Made by a program: the position numbers and the translations under genes
Source: Escherichia phage vB_EcoM_DE17
Sequence record: OP595146.1
Direction: 5' to 3' (one strand)
DNA: 64,000 nt
The notes under the pieces: generated by a model
Told to the model about the DNA's origin: nothing
The model's database searches: none
The model's input: only the letters and a program-made list of their open reading frames with translations
In this document: positions 62,523 to 64,000 of the stretch, one piece after another
Numbering within the stretch: the first letter of the stretch is position 1
Layout of the letters: every line of letters begins with the position of its first letter

Positions 62523-62814
62523 ATTAATCTTTAAAGACTCTCTTAGAAAGCCCTTAAAGATGCCCACCTTATTAATCATACCGTGGGCGAGTACGCCAAA
62601 TTCTTTGATGAGGGATTGGAAGACCTCACTGGTGTTTAGCCTATCAAGCTACTGCCAGAAAAACATTGTCGTTTGCATTTATTTTAAGTTTGCAAAATAG
62701 ACGCTACGCAACGAAAACTATTCAGAATATGTACAACAAATTTCCCCACATTGTGTTACGTCTAACACTCATGTATTGGTGTTTGAATTATACATATTAT
62801 GAAGTATTTTAGTT

Positions 62815-62843
62815 ACTATAAAGTGGTCACACCTCAATGTCAA
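62815..62843 (-). promoter_or_regulatory. sigma70-like promoter inside tRNA cluster
   Basis: Minus strand TTGACA-N17-TATAGT in an AT-rich spacer between tRNA-Ile and the tRNA-free region 62523..62810. Confidence 0.45.
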
Positions 62844-62858
62844 CAACTTTATTGAAAT

Positions 62859-62934
62859 TGGTACTGGTAGGTGGAATCGAACCACCGATGTTCCCTTATC
62901 AGGGGAGTGTTATAACCTTCTTAACTATACCAGC
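62859..62934 (-). tRNA. tRNA-Ile (anticodon GAT)
   Basis: T-arm GGTGG-TTCGATT-CCACC, loop CTGATAA. Confidence 0.65.
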
Positions 62935-62935
62935 T

Positions 62936-63012
62936 TGGAGGTTCAGATGGGAATCGAACCCACATTCATAGGGCTTATGAAACCCCTGCATTACCTTATC
63001 TGCGACTGAACC
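62936..63012 (-). tRNA. tRNA-Met (anticodon CAT)
   Basis: Loop TTCATAA on stem GGGGT/GCCCT; T-arm GTGGG-TTCGATT-CCCAT. Confidence 0.65.
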
Positions 63013-63016
63013 ATAT

Positions 63017-63092
63017 TGGTAGAAGTGGAGGGATTCGAACCCATCGCCTGTCAGATTAAAAGTCTGCCGCATCACCATTCTGCTACACTTCC
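63017..63092 (-). tRNA. tRNA-Lys (anticodon TTT)
   Basis: Loop CTTTTAA; acceptor and T-arm similar to the tRNA-Lys(CTT) copy. Confidence 0.65.
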
Positions 63093-63236
63093 ATTAAATC
63101 ATCTTTGTAGATAAGCTACCCAGACTTGCTTAAGGTCTGTAGCGATGTGCATTGTTGGGTTTAAATCTAGAATTTACCCTTTCACCCTTTGTGGTCGCAT
63201 ACTCACAGGTAAGCTTAATAGCTCACCTACAAAGAT

Positions 63237-63380
63237 AATTACCAGACCGTTGTTTATCATCTTAAGTGCTACCATTACACCAACTCGACATCTGCCGAGT
63301 GAAGGAATCGAACCTTCGCCTTTTCTTTACCGGAGAAATAGATTGTTTAAGTTTTGCTGTAAACGGTCTTCTGTAAATTT
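63237..63380. repeat. repeat copy 1 (attaccagaccgt ... ttttgctgtaaacggtcttctgtaaattt) carrying a tRNA-like T-arm insert
   Basis: Terminal motifs shared with copy 2; the two ends can pair (agaccgt / acggtct); about 95 nt between them includes gccgagt-GAAGG-aatcgaa-CCTTC with no matching 5' acceptor. Confidence 0.5.
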
Positions 63381-63546
63381 GTTGAGCCAGACCAAGTTTA
63401 AATTTTTCAAAATTAAATTGGCTTGAAATTTTAAGTAACTTGCTGAATTTGGTCTTCTGCTCCTTTAAAGAATACTCGTAAGAACTCTTTAAGGGAGGGG
63501 CTAAATAGCCCTCTCAAAACATCATCTTGAAATACTTATTATAATT

Positions 63547-63624
63547 TGGCGGTTACGAAGGGATTTGAACCCTCATCATCTCCCGTGACAGGGGAGTATT
63601 TTAACCAGATTAAACTACATAACC
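63547..63624 (-). tRNA. tRNA-Asp (anticodon GTC)
   Basis: Perfect anticodon stem CTCCC/GGGAG, loop CTGTCAC; T-arm GAGGG-TTCAAAT-CCCTT. Confidence 0.75.
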
Positions 63625-63630
63625 TTTATT

Positions 63631-63718
63631 TGGTGTGCCGTGTAGGAGTCGAACCTACCGAGTCTCAATGACAAGGGATTTACAGTCCCCACCGCTACCA
63701 TCTACGGGATAACGACAC
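63631..63718 (-). tRNA. tRNA-Tyr (anticodon GTA), class II
   Basis: 88 nt; loop CTGTAAA; long variable arm; T-arm GTAGG-TTCGACT-CCTAC. Confidence 0.7.
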
Positions 63719-63788
63719 ATTTATTATTCTATTCAGGCTAAGGACTTGCACCTTACAAATCGGTGAGCAATCGCTTCTCTCCTAAATT

Positions 63789-63865
63789 TGGCGGTTAGTC
63801 AGGGATTCGAACCCTGTGCCATTCGCTTAACAGGCGACCGCACATACCTTATGTGCTTCCTAACC
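63789..63865 (-). tRNA. tRNA-Asn (anticodon GTT)
   Basis: D-stem GCAC/GTGC, loop CTGTTAA, T-arm CAGGG-TTCGAAT-CCCTG. Confidence 0.65.
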
Positions 63866-63872
63866 ATGTTTA

Positions 63873-63951
63873 GTATTACCAGACCGTATCTTTTCAATTT
63901 TTCCGCTAAAAATTTCATTAAATTTTGCTGTAAACGGTCTTCTGTAAATTT
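63873..63951. repeat. repeat copy 2 (attaccagaccgt ... ttttgctgtaaacggtcttctgtaaattt)
   Basis: Same terminal motifs as copy 1 but only about 36 nt between them; abuts the 3' end of the partial tRNA-Met. Confidence 0.5.
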
Positions 63952-64000
63952 GGAGGCGGGTGCAGGAGTCGAACCTGCCGATACCATGCTAATGAGACAT
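63951..64000 (-). tRNA. tRNA-Met/fMet (anticodon CAT), 5' part beyond window
   Basis: 3' half only: CCA, acceptor ACCCGCC, T-arm GCAGG-TTCGACT-CCTGC, loop CTCATTA. Confidence 0.5.

Noticed and set aside
62192-63987. Track ORFs 62192..62395, 63145..63426 and 63799..63987
   Set aside because: All overlap tRNA genes or structured spacers in the tRNA cluster and show no RBS or protein-like composition.

Overview
This window reads as a contiguous segment of a lytic, tailed phage genome of the Felix O1-like type (contractile tail), about 39-40% GC, with almost no host-like sequence. Nearly all genes are on the minus strand, except a plus-strand block at 25.4-35.1 kb. From left to right: rIIA and rIIB (rIIB runs off the window edge); an adjacent NAMPT-like and PRPP-synthetase-like pair that I read as an NAD+ salvage or reconstitution module; a nucleotide-metabolism cluster (anaerobic RNR NrdD/NrdG, aerobic NrdA/NrdB, a glutaredoxin-like redoxin) with free-standing HNH-like and GIY-YIG-like nuclease genes; replication genes (flap endonuclease, SSB-like protein, primase-helicase, dNMP kinase, family A DNA polymerase, ATP-dependent ligase); a run of small early genes including duplicated paralogues, a lipoprotein and a signal-peptide protein; DHFR and thymidylate synthase; then a full structural module (two His-x-His-rich tail fibres, baseplate, tape measure, tube, sheath, capsid, protease-scaffold fusion, portal, large terminase); and finally a cluster of about 25 minus-strand tRNA genes interrupted by two protein-coding genes and several structured non-tRNA spacers. 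All calls rest on hand translation, motif recognition and hand-folding; no searches were run. Functional names for baseplate, neck and most small ORFs are positional guesses, and tRNA coordinates are approximate (+/- 3 nt) with provisional anticodons.
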